This document shows, one piece after another, positions 9,701 through 19,500 of a stretch of DNA of 63,028 bases. This stretch comes from Tolypothrix carrinoi HA7290-LM1. Its GTDB lineage: Bacteria > Cyanobacteriota > Cyanobacteriia > Cyanobacteriales > Nostocaceae. The notes under the pieces were generated by a model. It did no database searches. It was given only the letters and a program-made list of their open reading frames with translations, and had not been told where the DNA came from. Every line of letters starts with the position of its first letter. Position 1 is the stretch's first letter. The DNA lies in NCBI GenBank assembly GCA_019358935.1, contig JAHHIK010000042.1:1-63028 (forward strand), written 5' to 3'. Position numbers and translations under genes: made by a program.

Positions 9701-11514
9701 TCTACACAAAGTCCTACTAAAACTTCGGCTTTAACACCCAATTTTTTCAGATAATGTGCAAGTTGGTTGCTGCGTAGATTTAATTCTTTGTAGCTGAGTT
9801 GCTTATCTCCAAATACCAATGCTGTAGAATCAGGAGTTTGCTCTGCTCTATTTTCAAATAATTGATGAATGCATCTATCTTGAGGATAATCTACTTGAGT
9901 ATTGTTCCATTCAATTAACAACTGATGTTGCTCAAGTTGACTTAAAAGTGGTAAATTTGCAATTCGCTCTTCGGGATTTGCAACTATACCCTCTAGCAAT
10001 ATTTGGAAATGTCCAAGCATCCGGGTAATAGTAGCTTCATCAAATAAATCAGTTCTGTAAATTACAAAACCGCTGATTCCTTTCGAGCTATCTACCCATA
10101 ATTGATTGTTTGGTTCTCGCTCCCACAAATGAAATTCTAAATCAAAGCGCGTTGTCTGAGTATCAAATTCCAAAGGACTAAGTATTAAATTAGGTAGCTC
10201 TAACGCAGACATAGGCGCATTTTGAAGCGCAAATACCACTTTAAATAACGGATTTTGATTTAAGTTACGCTCTGGATGCAGTTCTTCTACCAGCTTTTCA
10301 AAAGGCAAATCTTGATGAGCATAAGCACCCAAAGCTACCTCTTTGACTCGACTTAATAATTCTCGAAAAGTTGGGTTTCCACTTAAGTCGGTACGCAGCA
10401 CTAAGCTATTGACAAAAAAGCCAATTAATGACTCAATTTCACTACGGTTGCGGTTGGCGATCGCTGAACCCACAGCAATATCTTCTTGCTGGGTGTAGCG
10501 GTAAAGTAAAATTTTGAATGCTGCCAGCAAAGTCATGAACAAAGTCACTTCTTCTTGCTGCGATAGAGTTTCCAGCGCTTCGCTCAGGCTTTTTGGTAGT
10601 TGCAGAAGTTGCCTTGCACCCTGATAAGTTTGAACTGCTGGTCTTGTGTCAGTAGGCAGATTTAGCATGGAAATGCCGTTTAATTGCTTCTGCCAGTAAG
10701 CTAACTGAGTTTCTAACACTTCCCCTTGCAGCCATTCGCGCTGCCATTGGGCAAAGTCTGCATATTGGATGGCTAGTTTCGGTAAAAAAGAAGGCTGATT
10801 GCTGCGTCTTGCTGTGTAAAGTGCTGCTATTTCACCAATTAGCACCCCCATAGACCAACCATCGGAGACAATGTGGTGCATATTCAATAATAGAATATGT
10901 TCTGTTTCATCCAACCGCAAAAGTGTTACTCGTAGCAACGAATCAGTTGATAAATTGAAAGGACGTTGAGCTTCTTGAGTAGTAAGTTGTCGTGCTTGTA
11001 TTTCACGTTCGGCTTGTGGCAGTTGCCGCAAATCTATTATTGGTAAGGATATTTTTAATGTGGGATTAATTACTTGAACTGGTTGCCCTTGCACCATGAC
11101 AAAATTGGTGCGTAAAGCTTCGTGACGCTGCACTATTTCATTAAATGTTTGCTCTAATGCGGTTGAATTGAGCGAACCTTTTAAATGCAGTGCTGCGGGA
11201 ACGTTATAGAAAGGATTGTTAGGTATTAATTGGTCAAGAAACCATAACCGTTGTTGAGCAAAGGAGAGGGGAAGGTTTCCTGACCGCAAAATAGGTTCGA
11301 GGGGTGTAGAAGTATAGTTGGTAGTACGATTAGCTACTTTTAAAAATTGAATAATTTCTGCTTTATGTTGTTGAATTTCGGCACGCAGTTCTGGTGTTAG
11401 AGTTTTTTCAGGTGCGTTACAGCGCAATTTTTCTTGTTCTAGAAAAATTTGAATATCTAAGCTGCGAAGATAAGATAGAAATTCAACTATTTTCAAAATT
11501 ATACTCCTTGGCAA
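6754..11514 (-). CDS. NRPS module: TubC_N/betaHD docking-C-A(Leu)-N-methyltransferase-T
   Basis: IVEFLSYLRSLDIQIFLEQEKLRCNAP docking domain; HHIVSDGWS; YTSGSTGKPKG; code read by eye DAWFLGNVVK; VLEIGCGTG and NSVVQYFP NMT motifs; FFELGGHSLL; true start may be TTG at 11496. Confidence 0.93.
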   Translation of the reverse strand: MPRSIILKIVEFLSYLRSLDIQIFLEQEKLRCNAPEKTLTPELRAEIQQHKAEIIQFLKVANRTTNYTSTPLEPILRSGNLPLSFAQQRLWFLDQLIPNNPFYNVPAALHLKGSLNSTALEQTFNEIVQRHEALRTNFVMVQGQPVQVINPTLKISLPIIDLRQLPQAEREIQARQLTTQEAQRPFNLSTDSLLRVTLLRLDETEHILLLNMHHIVSDGWSMGVLIGEIAALYTARRSNQPSFLPKLAIQYADFAQWQREWLQGEVLETQLAYWQKQLNGISMLNLPTDTRPAVQTYQGARQLLQLPKSLSEALETLSQQEEVTLFMTLLAAFKILLYRYTQQEDIAVGSAIANRNRSEIESLIGFFVNSLVLRTDLSGNPTFRELLSRVKEVALGAYAHQDLPFEKLVEELHPERNLNQNPLFKVVFALQNAPMSALELPNLILSPLEFDTQTTRFDLEFHLWEREPNNQLWVDSSKGISGFVIYRTDLFDEATITRMLGHFQILLEGIVANPEERIANLPLLSQLEQHQLLIEWNNTQVDYPQDRCIHQLFENRAEQTPDSTALVFGDKQLSYKELNLRSNQLAHYLKKLGVKAEVLVGLCVERSFDMIIGMLGILKAGGAYVPLDPTYPHERFNFLFEDAQVPILLTHERWIQQLETHNCRVICLDKDWDIIAQEIEDNLPSQVTVDNLAYVIYTSGSTGKPKGVQIEHRGLLNLIFWHQKAFAVSHLDRATQIAGVAFDACVWEILPYLSAGASIYFVDDEIKLNPEHLRDWLISKAITICFLPTPLAEKVLTLDFPKNAALRILLTGGDKLHQYPLADHVFQVVNNYGPTENTVVTTSGQVIVINQEDPPNPPILGGQGGIAPAIGRPIDNTQVYILDKHLQLVPIGVPGELYISGDGLARGYLNLSDLTVEKFISHPFSHDSKARLYKTGDLVRYRLDGKIEFLNREDEQVKIRGYRIELGEIEAVLSQHPAVQQNVVMTSEDAGEKRLVAYVVLNTEYSNQQENIQLMQLQDEQISQWQMLYNDTYNQPAADRDPTFNFIGWNSSYTNQPIPAEQIREWVNNQVAQILTLQPKRVLEIGCGTGLLLFRIAPHCTKYYATDFSPISLNYIQQQLTKQEMPQVTLHQKMATDFEGIEAAFDAVILNSVVQYFPNIDYLIRVLEGAVQATVPGGFIFIGDVRNLQLLQAFHTSVQLYQAEPSLTREQLQQRVQMEIFEETELVIDPAFFNALKQRFPQISHVEIQLNRGRDRNELTQFRYNAILHIDSKVYQNKLPFQAQERSHWLDWDKNNLTLSAVRQLLIENQPNILAITNVPNARVITAVKTAEWLSGIEDFKTAGVMRSSLQELENLGVDPEDFYMDVPYSVNISWSDSSSEGRYDVVFVQQEAINKRIIFSPSTDLRPWRSYANNPLQSSSARKLVPQLQTYLAQKLPEYMMPSSFVVLESLPLTANGKVNRRALRVPLIKSEFCYVAPRTLVEEVLVKIFAEVLGLKHVGIHDNFFELGGHSLLATQLVSRVRDSFGLELPLRSVFEASTIAELSKVVESFKLINAENQAPALVPLSRESRRMKLSSLNKSSETS

Positions 11515-11771
11515 GAGTTGTTAGTTACTGCTTTAGGACTAAAAAACGAACCGCAGAGGCGCAGAGTACGCAGAGAAGGAATAAGAGTTTAAGAGAGTTT
11601 TTGTACTTGTTGATTAACTCAGCATTTGTACCACACTTAGAACATCATAAAAATCATTCTTTGGATTGAGAATATAGAACATTTGAGAGATTGCGTAATT
11701 TAGATTTTTTGAAGTATGGTGTTGAAGCACAAAGGTAACGCAGTTTACAAGGTATCGCAAGGTTTAGGCTC

Positions 11772-12899
11772 ATGATATTTATGCCCGTCAATTTCCTGTT
11801 TGTATGGCTGGTTCAACTGCTGTCCATTGGGGTACTTGGTGGGGGAATCTACATTCTTTATGAGTGGTACGAACGAGAACTTGTGGGAACTTTCTATTTG
11901 GTGGTTGGATTAGTAATGGTTTTGTGGTCTATTGGTGGTCGTTTTATTAGTTTGCCACTTTTGCGGCGTCCTGGAACTGATGAACCGAAGTTTATGCGTA
12001 GCAAAACTGTGCAGCGCTTGCCAAGACCGGATGGTAGTGTACTGCAAGTAGAGTTTTTTGGTCCGGAGGATGGTCAACCGATTATTATGTCACACGGTTG
12101 GGGACCGAACAGTACTGTATGGTATTATGCCAAGCGACAATTGAGCGATCGCTTCCGAGTAATTGTATGGGATTTACCAGGGTTAGGAAAATCTTCTAGA
12201 CCGAAGAACAATGATTACTCGGTAGAAAAATATGCTCGCGATTTAGAAGCGGTTGTTGCGATCGCCGGGGATAAGCCTGTTTTCCTGCTAGGACACAGTA
12301 TGGGTGGTATGATTACACTAACGTTCTGTCGGCTGTTTCCAGAGCTTTTGGGGAGTCGGGTAGCTGGCTTAATTCTTGTGGATACTACTTACACCAATCC
12401 GGTAAAAACTTGTATTTTTAGTAATTTGGTACGTAAATTACAGAAGCCGTTGCTCGAGCCTTTGTTGTACGTTACCATTTTGCTGTCACCGATTTTCTGG
12501 TTGATGACTTGGCTCTCGTATCTTAATGGTTCGCTGTATATCAGTGTAGAACTATCTGGATTTACCGGTACAGAAACACGCGGTCAATTAAATTTTGCTG
12601 GTTTCTTATCAGCGTTGGGTTCCCCTGGTGTTTTGGCTCGCGGCACATTGGCAATGTTGAAATATGATGAAACGATGACTTTGCCGATGGTTAATGTTCC
12701 GGTGTTGGTTGTCTGCGGTGCTTCAGATATAGCGACTAAACCTGTTGCGAGCGATCGCATGAAAGCTGAATTACCTTCTTCTGAATTAGTCAGCATCAAA
12801 CGCGGTGGACATATGGCATTGATGGAGCAAAACCAGCGTTTTTCCGAAGCTGTCAGCACGTTTTGTGCTGGTTACTCGAACTCAAGCGTTTTTCCTTAA
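11772..12899 (+). CDS. Membrane-anchored alpha/beta hydrolase
   Basis: Two N-terminal TMs; HGWG oxyanion motif; GHSMGG nucleophile; GGHM; stop overlaps the NRPS stop (TTAA). Confidence 0.88.
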   Translation: MIFMPVNFLFVWLVQLLSIGVLGGGIYILYEWYERELVGTFYLVVGLVMVLWSIGGRFISLPLLRRPGTDEPKFMRSKTVQRLPRPDGSVLQVEFFGPEDGQPIIMSHGWGPNSTVWYYAKRQLSDRFRVIVWDLPGLGKSSRPKNNDYSVEKYARDLEAVVAIAGDKPVFLLGHSMGGMITLTFCRLFPELLGSRVAGLILVDTTYTNPVKTCIFSNLVRKLQKPLLEPLLYVTILLSPIFWLMTWLSYLNGSLYISVELSGFTGTETRGQLNFAGFLSALGSPGVLARGTLAMLKYDETMTLPMVNVPVLVVCGASDIATKPVASDRMKAELPSSELVSIKRGGHMALMEQNQRFSEAVSTFCAGYSNSSVFP

Positions 12900-15800
12900 A
12901 ATTCAACTTCTTCTCGCTCCTGACTTATAGTACCAGCTTTATCTAATGAAGCTGCCCAAGATGTTGTTTCAATGTACTTAGCAAGTTGTTCAACAGTCGG
13001 TGCTTCAAACAAATTGCGTACAGGTAAATCTATTTTAAAGGTGTCCCGAATTCGAGAAACTAACTGAGTAGCTAGTAAAGAATGACCACCCAATTCAAAG
13101 AAATTATCGTGGATACCTACTTGTTCTTTTCCTAAAATTTTAGCCCAAATTTCCACAAGTAAATCTTCAACCTGCGTCCGTGGTGCCACATAATCTGGTT
13201 TATCAAAAGTAATATCAGGTGCTTTTAAGGCACGACGATCCACTTTGCCATTAGGTGTTAGTGGTAGAGATTCGAGTAATACATAGGCTTTTGGCACCAT
13301 GTATTCTGGTAACTTTTCTTTCAAAAATTGACGAAGTAGTAACGCAAGTTTTTGTGCTGATTGCGTCGGTATCTGTTCTTGGTTGGAAACAATATAAGCC
13401 ACCAACTGCTTATCACCAGCTATTTCCTCATCGGCAATAACTACTGTTTCTCTCACCGCTGGATGTTGACTCAGCACCGCTTCTATTTCTCCCAACTCGA
13501 TGCGGAAGCCACGAATTTTAACTTGATTGTCAATGCGACCTAAAAATTCAATATTGCCATCTGGTAAATACCGAGCTAAATCACCCGTTTTGTAAATTGT
13601 AGAGACGCGATATATCGCGTCTCTACAGGAAATGAAAGGATTAGGAATAAAGCGTTCAGCAGTTAACTCAGGACGATTTAAATATTCTCGCGCAAGTCCA
13701 TCACCACCAATGTATAATTCGCCAACAACGCCAATTGGCACAGGTTGTAAATTAGCATCTAATAAATAAATTTGTGTATTTGCAATCGGGCAACCAATGG
13801 GAATAGATGTAGCTGATTCTGGTACGTTTTCCACCCTGTAATATGCAGAAAATGTTGTACTTTCTGTAGGACCATAAACATGAATTAAGTGTTTTGGCGA
13901 ACCATTTTTGATAATCTTTTTCACCCATCTAATATCAACAGTTTCACCCCCAAATAGTAAATATCGCAAGGTCGCGAAAGCTTGCGGAACATCTCTGGCA
14001 ATTTGTTGAAATAAAGCAGTAGTCAAAAACAGAACGCTGATACCTTTTTGTTGTAGTTGTAATGCAAATTCCTGAGGTGAAAGGATGACATCTTTGCTAA
14101 TTCCCACAAGTTGAGCACCATTAAGTAGCGCTCCCCAAATCTCGAATGTCGCTGCATCAAAGGAAGTATTCGAGGCTTGAGCAATTTTATCAGTAGGTTG
14201 CAATTTTATATAGTTTGTATTGCACACCAATCGATTTACAGCTTTGTGAGTTACAGCCACTCCTTTAGGTTTTCCTGTAGAGCCAGAAGTATAGATTACA
14301 TAAGCTAAATTATCGCTGCTTACGCTATTTTTCGGGTTTTCTTCGCTTTCTTGGGCAATAATTTCCCAGTCTTTATCTATGCAAATAATTGGATTTGAGA
14401 AGCTTTGAAAATGCTTGAGCAACTTTTCTTGTGTTAGCAATACTGAAACTTGTGCATCTTCCAGCATGAAATTTAAACGCTCTTGAGGATAGCTTGGATC
14501 TAAAGGAACATATGTTCCCCCAGCTTTCATAATCCCCAACAACCCGATTATCATTTCTGGTGACTGTGAAATGCAAATGCCTACTAAAACTTCAGATTTT
14601 ACCCCCATTTTTTGCAAATGCTGTGCTAGTTGATTGCTGCGAACATTCAACTCTCCATATGTCAGAGACGCGATATATCGCGTCTCTACATTTTCAAAGA
14701 TTATTGCTATCGAATCAGGATGCTGCTTCACCTGATTTTCAAACAACTGATGGATACACTTATCTTGAGGATAATCAACTTGAGTATTATTCCATTCGAC
14801 TAATAGCTGATGTAGCTTTTGTGCGTTTAATAGCGGTAAATGAGCGATGCGTCGATCTGGATTAGCAACAATGCCTGATAACAGAGTTTGAAAATCTTCC
14901 AGCATCCGAGTAATAGTGGCTGGCTCAAACAAATCTGTGCTGTAAACCATTACACCTCTAATACCCTCAGAATGCTCCCATTTTGCACCCCATAAACTTC
15001 TAAAATCCTCGGAACACTTCCACAGATGCAACTCCAAATCAAAGCGTGTTTTCTTCAAGTCAATATTTATAAAACTAGGCACTAACCCAGGCATTTCTAG
15101 CGCTGACATTGGTGCATTCTGAAAACCAAACACCACTTGAAATAGCGGATGCTGGCTCAAGTTTCGCTCTGGATGCAGTTCTTCTACTAGCTTTTCAAAG
15201 GGCAAATCTTGATGACTGTATGCTCCTAGTGTTACTTCCCGTACTCTAGATAGCAATTCGCGGAAAGTCGGGTTTCCACTTAAGTCGGTGCGTAGCACCA
15301 AACTATTGACAAAAAAGCCAATTAATCCTTCGATTTCGCTGCGGTTACGGTTAGCAATTGGCGAACCTACCGCAATATCTTCTTGATGTGTGTAGCGGTA
15401 AAGCAACGTTTGAAATGCTGCCAGCAGCGTCATAAATAAGGTGACACCTTCTTGCTGCGAAAGCTTTTCTAGTGCATCAGTTAGGTTTTTCGGTAACTCT
15501 AGAAATTGCGTTGCTCCTTGATAGCTTTGTATAGGCGATTTTAATTTTTCGGTAGGCAGATGTAGCATGGAAATGCCGTTTAATTGCTGACGCCAATAAG
15601 TTAACTGATTTTCCAACACTTCTCCTTGCAACCATTCGCGCTGCCAGTGAGCAAAATCGGCATATTGAAGAGGCAATTCTAACAGTGAAGCCTGATTTTG
15701 TGCAAAAGCTGCGTACAGCGTTCCCAATTCGCGAATTAGCACCCCAATAGACCAATCGTCGCAGATAATGTGGTGCATATTCAGTAATAGAATATGTTCT

Positions 15801-16204
15801 GTTTCCCCAAGCTGTAGCAGCGTCACTCGCAGCAACGGACCAGTAGACAAATCGAAAGGACGTTCTATCTCTGCGGTGATGATGCGTTTTGTTTCAATCT
15901 CGCGTTCATCGCTTGGCAATTGTTGAAGGTCTAATATAGAAAAAGGTATTGTTAAGCTGGGAGCGATCGCTTGCAGGGGTTGCCCATCTAATACTATAAA
16001 TGTGGTGCGTAAAGTTTCATGACGGCGCACGATTTCATTAAAAGTCTGCTTCAGTGCTGCTAAATTAAGTCTCCCTGTCAAGCGAATGACTGTTGGCACA
16101 TTATAAATAGCATTACCGGGGATCAATTGGTCGATGAACCACAGTCGCTGTTGGGCAAAAGATGCAGGAAAGACGAAGACCTCTTCAGAAGACATAACGT
16201 ACAA
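12896..16204 (-). CDS. NRPS module C-A(Ile)-T with C-terminal SLiM docking motif
   Basis: HHIICDDWS; code DAFFLGVTFK; FFELGGHSLL; ends EREEVEF. Confidence 0.93.
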   Translation of the reverse strand: MYVMSSEEVFVFPASFAQQRLWFIDQLIPGNAIYNVPTVIRLTGRLNLAALKQTFNEIVRRHETLRTTFIVLDGQPLQAIAPSLTIPFSILDLQQLPSDEREIETKRIITAEIERPFDLSTGPLLRVTLLQLGETEHILLLNMHHIICDDWSIGVLIRELGTLYAAFAQNQASLLELPLQYADFAHWQREWLQGEVLENQLTYWRQQLNGISMLHLPTEKLKSPIQSYQGATQFLELPKNLTDALEKLSQQEGVTLFMTLLAAFQTLLYRYTHQEDIAVGSPIANRNRSEIEGLIGFFVNSLVLRTDLSGNPTFRELLSRVREVTLGAYSHQDLPFEKLVEELHPERNLSQHPLFQVVFGFQNAPMSALEMPGLVPSFINIDLKKTRFDLELHLWKCSEDFRSLWGAKWEHSEGIRGVMVYSTDLFEPATITRMLEDFQTLLSGIVANPDRRIAHLPLLNAQKLHQLLVEWNNTQVDYPQDKCIHQLFENQVKQHPDSIAIIFENVETRYIASLTYGELNVRSNQLAQHLQKMGVKSEVLVGICISQSPEMIIGLLGIMKAGGTYVPLDPSYPQERLNFMLEDAQVSVLLTQEKLLKHFQSFSNPIICIDKDWEIIAQESEENPKNSVSSDNLAYVIYTSGSTGKPKGVAVTHKAVNRLVCNTNYIKLQPTDKIAQASNTSFDAATFEIWGALLNGAQLVGISKDVILSPQEFALQLQQKGISVLFLTTALFQQIARDVPQAFATLRYLLFGGETVDIRWVKKIIKNGSPKHLIHVYGPTESTTFSAYYRVENVPESATSIPIGCPIANTQIYLLDANLQPVPIGVVGELYIGGDGLAREYLNRPELTAERFIPNPFISCRDAIYRVSTIYKTGDLARYLPDGNIEFLGRIDNQVKIRGFRIELGEIEAVLSQHPAVRETVVIADEEIAGDKQLVAYIVSNQEQIPTQSAQKLALLLRQFLKEKLPEYMVPKAYVLLESLPLTPNGKVDRRALKAPDITFDKPDYVAPRTQVEDLLVEIWAKILGKEQVGIHDNFFELGGHSLLATQLVSRIRDTFKIDLPVRNLFEAPTVEQLAKYIETTSWAASLDKAGTISQEREEVEF
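13598..13627. repeat. Perfect 30-bp REP-like palindrome inserted in frame in the NRPS gene; second copy at 14660-14690
   Basis: TGTAGAGACGCGATATATCGCGTCTCTACA. Confidence 0.85.
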
Positions 16205-16234
16205 ACTTTTTGAGCCATGCTTTCAGCATATGAC

Positions 16235-16418
16235 AGGACTTACGCAAAAACTCTCTCGCTCCTCTTATTCCTCTGTGAACTCTGCGTTCTCTGCGGTAGC
16301 CTTCTCTTCTCCCAAAGGGAGACGCTTGCGCGAACGAGAGGCTTGTCTGCGACACGCTCCGCGAACGCCAACGGCAACGCCAAGGGCGAACGTTATTTTA
16401 TAATTTTGCGTAAGTCCT
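16235..16418. mobile_element. MITE-like element with 15-bp TIRs and nested short dispersed repeats
   Basis: AGGACTTACGCAAAA...TTTTGCGTAAGTCCT; internal CTCCCAAAGGGAGACGCTTGCGCGAACG and similar units. Confidence 0.75.
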
Positions 16419-16534
16419 AATATAGATGTAAACAATTGATGATATTTCCTAATTTCAACAAACATCTAACTTAAGATAGATGCCTAAATCATCAGCTAAC
16501 TGCATCTTCACCTTACAGACGCGATAAAACAAAA

Positions 16535-19500
16535 ATGAGTATCACCATTGCCGGTTACAACCTCATCGAAGTCATTTGTGACGGTAATACTACCTGTGTT
16601 TACCGTGCTACGAGGGAACCAGAGCAAACCTCGGTGATTATTAAAACTATTAAAACTGAGTATCCGACTATAGAACAGCTTACCCGATTAAGACATGAAT
16701 ATCAAATACTTCAATCTTTAGAGATAGAAGGAATTGTTAAACCCTTAGCTTGGATGAGCGATCGCAATGGTCTAGCGCTAATCTTATCAGATTTCGGGGG
16801 AGAACCCCTGAAAAATTTTATTACCGCGCAAAATTTGGATTTAAGCAATTTTTTGCAAATTGGTATTCAATTGTCTTCAACACTTGCTCAAATACATCAA
16901 AACAATATTATTCATAAAGATATTAAACCCCAAAATATCCTGATAAACGCGAAAACTGGTCAAGTTGAAATTATAGACTTTAGTATTTCATCGCACCTGT
17001 CAAGAGAAAATCAGACTGTCAGCAATCTCAATTTGCTGGAAGGCACCCTTGCTTATATGTCACCAGAACAAACCGGGAGGATGAATCGAGCAATTGACTA
17101 CCGAACTGACTTTTACTCCTTAGGCGTCACCTTTTATGAAATGCTAACAGGACAGCTACCCTTTCAAGCTACTGACCCTTTGGAATTAGTTCACTGCCAT
17201 ATTGCTAAAACACCAGTTCCACCTAAAGAAGTCAATTCAGAAATTCCTCAAGCAGTTTCTCATATTGTCATGAAATTATTAGCCAAGACTGCTGAACAGA
17301 GATATCAAAGTGCCTTGGGACTAAAAGCAGACTTGGAAGAATGTTTAAGAAAACTGCAAGCAACTGGGACAATTGAAAATTTCATTGTTGGTCAACTAGA
17401 TTCATACAGTCAATTTATCATTCCCCAAAAACTTTATGGTCGTGAAAAAGAAGTTGCAAGCCTAATAAATGCCTTTGACCGAGTTAGCCTTGGGGCAACC
17501 GAGATAATTTTGGTGAGTGGTTACTCAGGTATTGGAAAATCCTCCTTGGTAAATGAAATTCATAAACCCATCGTCCGTCAGCGAGGTTATTTTATTTCTG
17601 GGAAGTTTGACCAATTTAAGCGGAATATTCCTTATGCTTCTATAATTCAAGCTTTTCAGGAATTGATTCGGCAGTTGTTAACAGAAAGCGCTGAAAAAGT
17701 AGCAGTTTGGAAAGCAAAACTTTTAAACGCTGTAGGTTCCAATGGTCAGGTGATTATTGATGTAATTCCGGAAGTTGAACGAATTATTGGTTCTCAGCCT
17801 GCGGTTCCGCAATTGGCAGCAACTGAATCCCAAAACCGATTTAATCGGGTGTTTCAACAATTCATTCATGTATTTTGTCAACCCGAACATCCGCTGGTAC
17901 TATTTTTGGATGACTTACAGTGGACAGATTCAGCTTCTCTAAAGTTAATTCAACTGCTTGCTTGTGACCTAAATAGCCAATATTTGTTGCTGATTGGAGT
18001 GTATCGAGATAACGAAGTTAGTGCAACTCATCCGTTGATGTTGACTTTGGAGGAAATTCAAAAAACGAATGCGGTTGTCAACAATATTGTCCTGCAACCT
18101 TTACATATCACTCATGTCAACCAATTGGTAAGCGATACCCTACGCACTGACCAACAAAAGTCACAGCCACTAGCTAAGTTACTGTTTAACAAAACTCAGG
18201 GAAATCCTTTCTTTTTAACTCAACTGCTCAAATCTCTTCATCAGGAAAATCTGTTGTCATTTAACTTCAGTCAAGGTTGTTGGCAGTGGGATATCGAGTT
18301 GCTGAAAGACATTGATATCACTGACAATGTTGTTGAATTAATGGTCAATCAGATTCAGAAGCTGTCACCGACGACGCAAAATGTCTTAAAGTTAGCTGCT
18401 TGTATTGGGGATAAATTTACCTTAGATATTTTGAGTATTGTTAATCAAAAATATTTGTCACAAACAGCAGTAGATTTGTGGGAATCTTTGCAAGCAGGTT
18501 TAGTTCTACCCTTAGATGAATCTTACAAAATACCTCTAGTCGGGGAATGGGGAGACAAGGAGACAAGGAGACAAGGAGACAAGGAGACAAGGGGGAGCTT
18601 TCTTCTTTCTTACCCTTTTCCCCTCCTCAAAATGCCCAATGCCCAATTTCCAATTTCATACAAGTTTCTACATGACCGCGTGCAGCAAGCGGCTTATTCT
18701 CTGATTGCAGATTCGCAGAAAAAAGAAACTCATCTAAAAATCGGTCAGTTGCTTCTACAAAAGACTACCCTTGAAGAACGAAAAGAAAATATTTTTGCTT
18801 TGGTTAATCAACTTAATTACGGCACCGACTTACTCACCTTAGAGTCAGAAAAATATGAACTGGCTGAACTTAATCTTATAGCAGGTCAGAAGGCGAAAGC
18901 AGCGACAGCGTATGAGTCTGCTATCCGCTATTTAAAGGTGGGTTTGGACTTATTGACAGCAAATAGCTGGGAGGAACAGTACGAAATCACGCTGGCACTT
19001 TATGAATTAGCAGTGGAAACAGCGTACCTGAACGGCGATTTTCAGCAGATGGAGAAATGGGCAACAATTGTTTTGCAACAGGCAAAAACCTTTATTGACA
19101 AAATGAAAGTCTATGAGGTGAAAATTCAAGCTTGCATGGCGCAAGTCAAGCAACTCGAAGCGGTTAAGATTGGGTTAGAAGCGTTGGAACTTTTGGGGGT
19201 GAGGTTCCCATTGCCAACGGATTTGGATATCGAACAAACACTCTCGCAAACAGCAATAAATTTGACTGGCAAGAGTATAGAAGACTTGATTAATTTACCG
19301 TTAATGACAGAGGTAGATAAGCTAGCAGCCATACGTATGCTAACGAGTATGGGTTCTCCTACCTATCAAGCTGCACCTGCACTGTTTCCGTTGATTGTTT
19401 GCGAACATGTTAATTTATCTATCAAATATGGAAATGCTCCTTTCTCTGCATACGGTTATGTTTGTTACGGTGTGATTTTAAACGGGGTAATTCAGGACAT

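Noticed and set aside
16217..16465. Short ORFs between the NRPS and the kinase
   Set aside because: Lie within a MITE made of nested dispersed repeats
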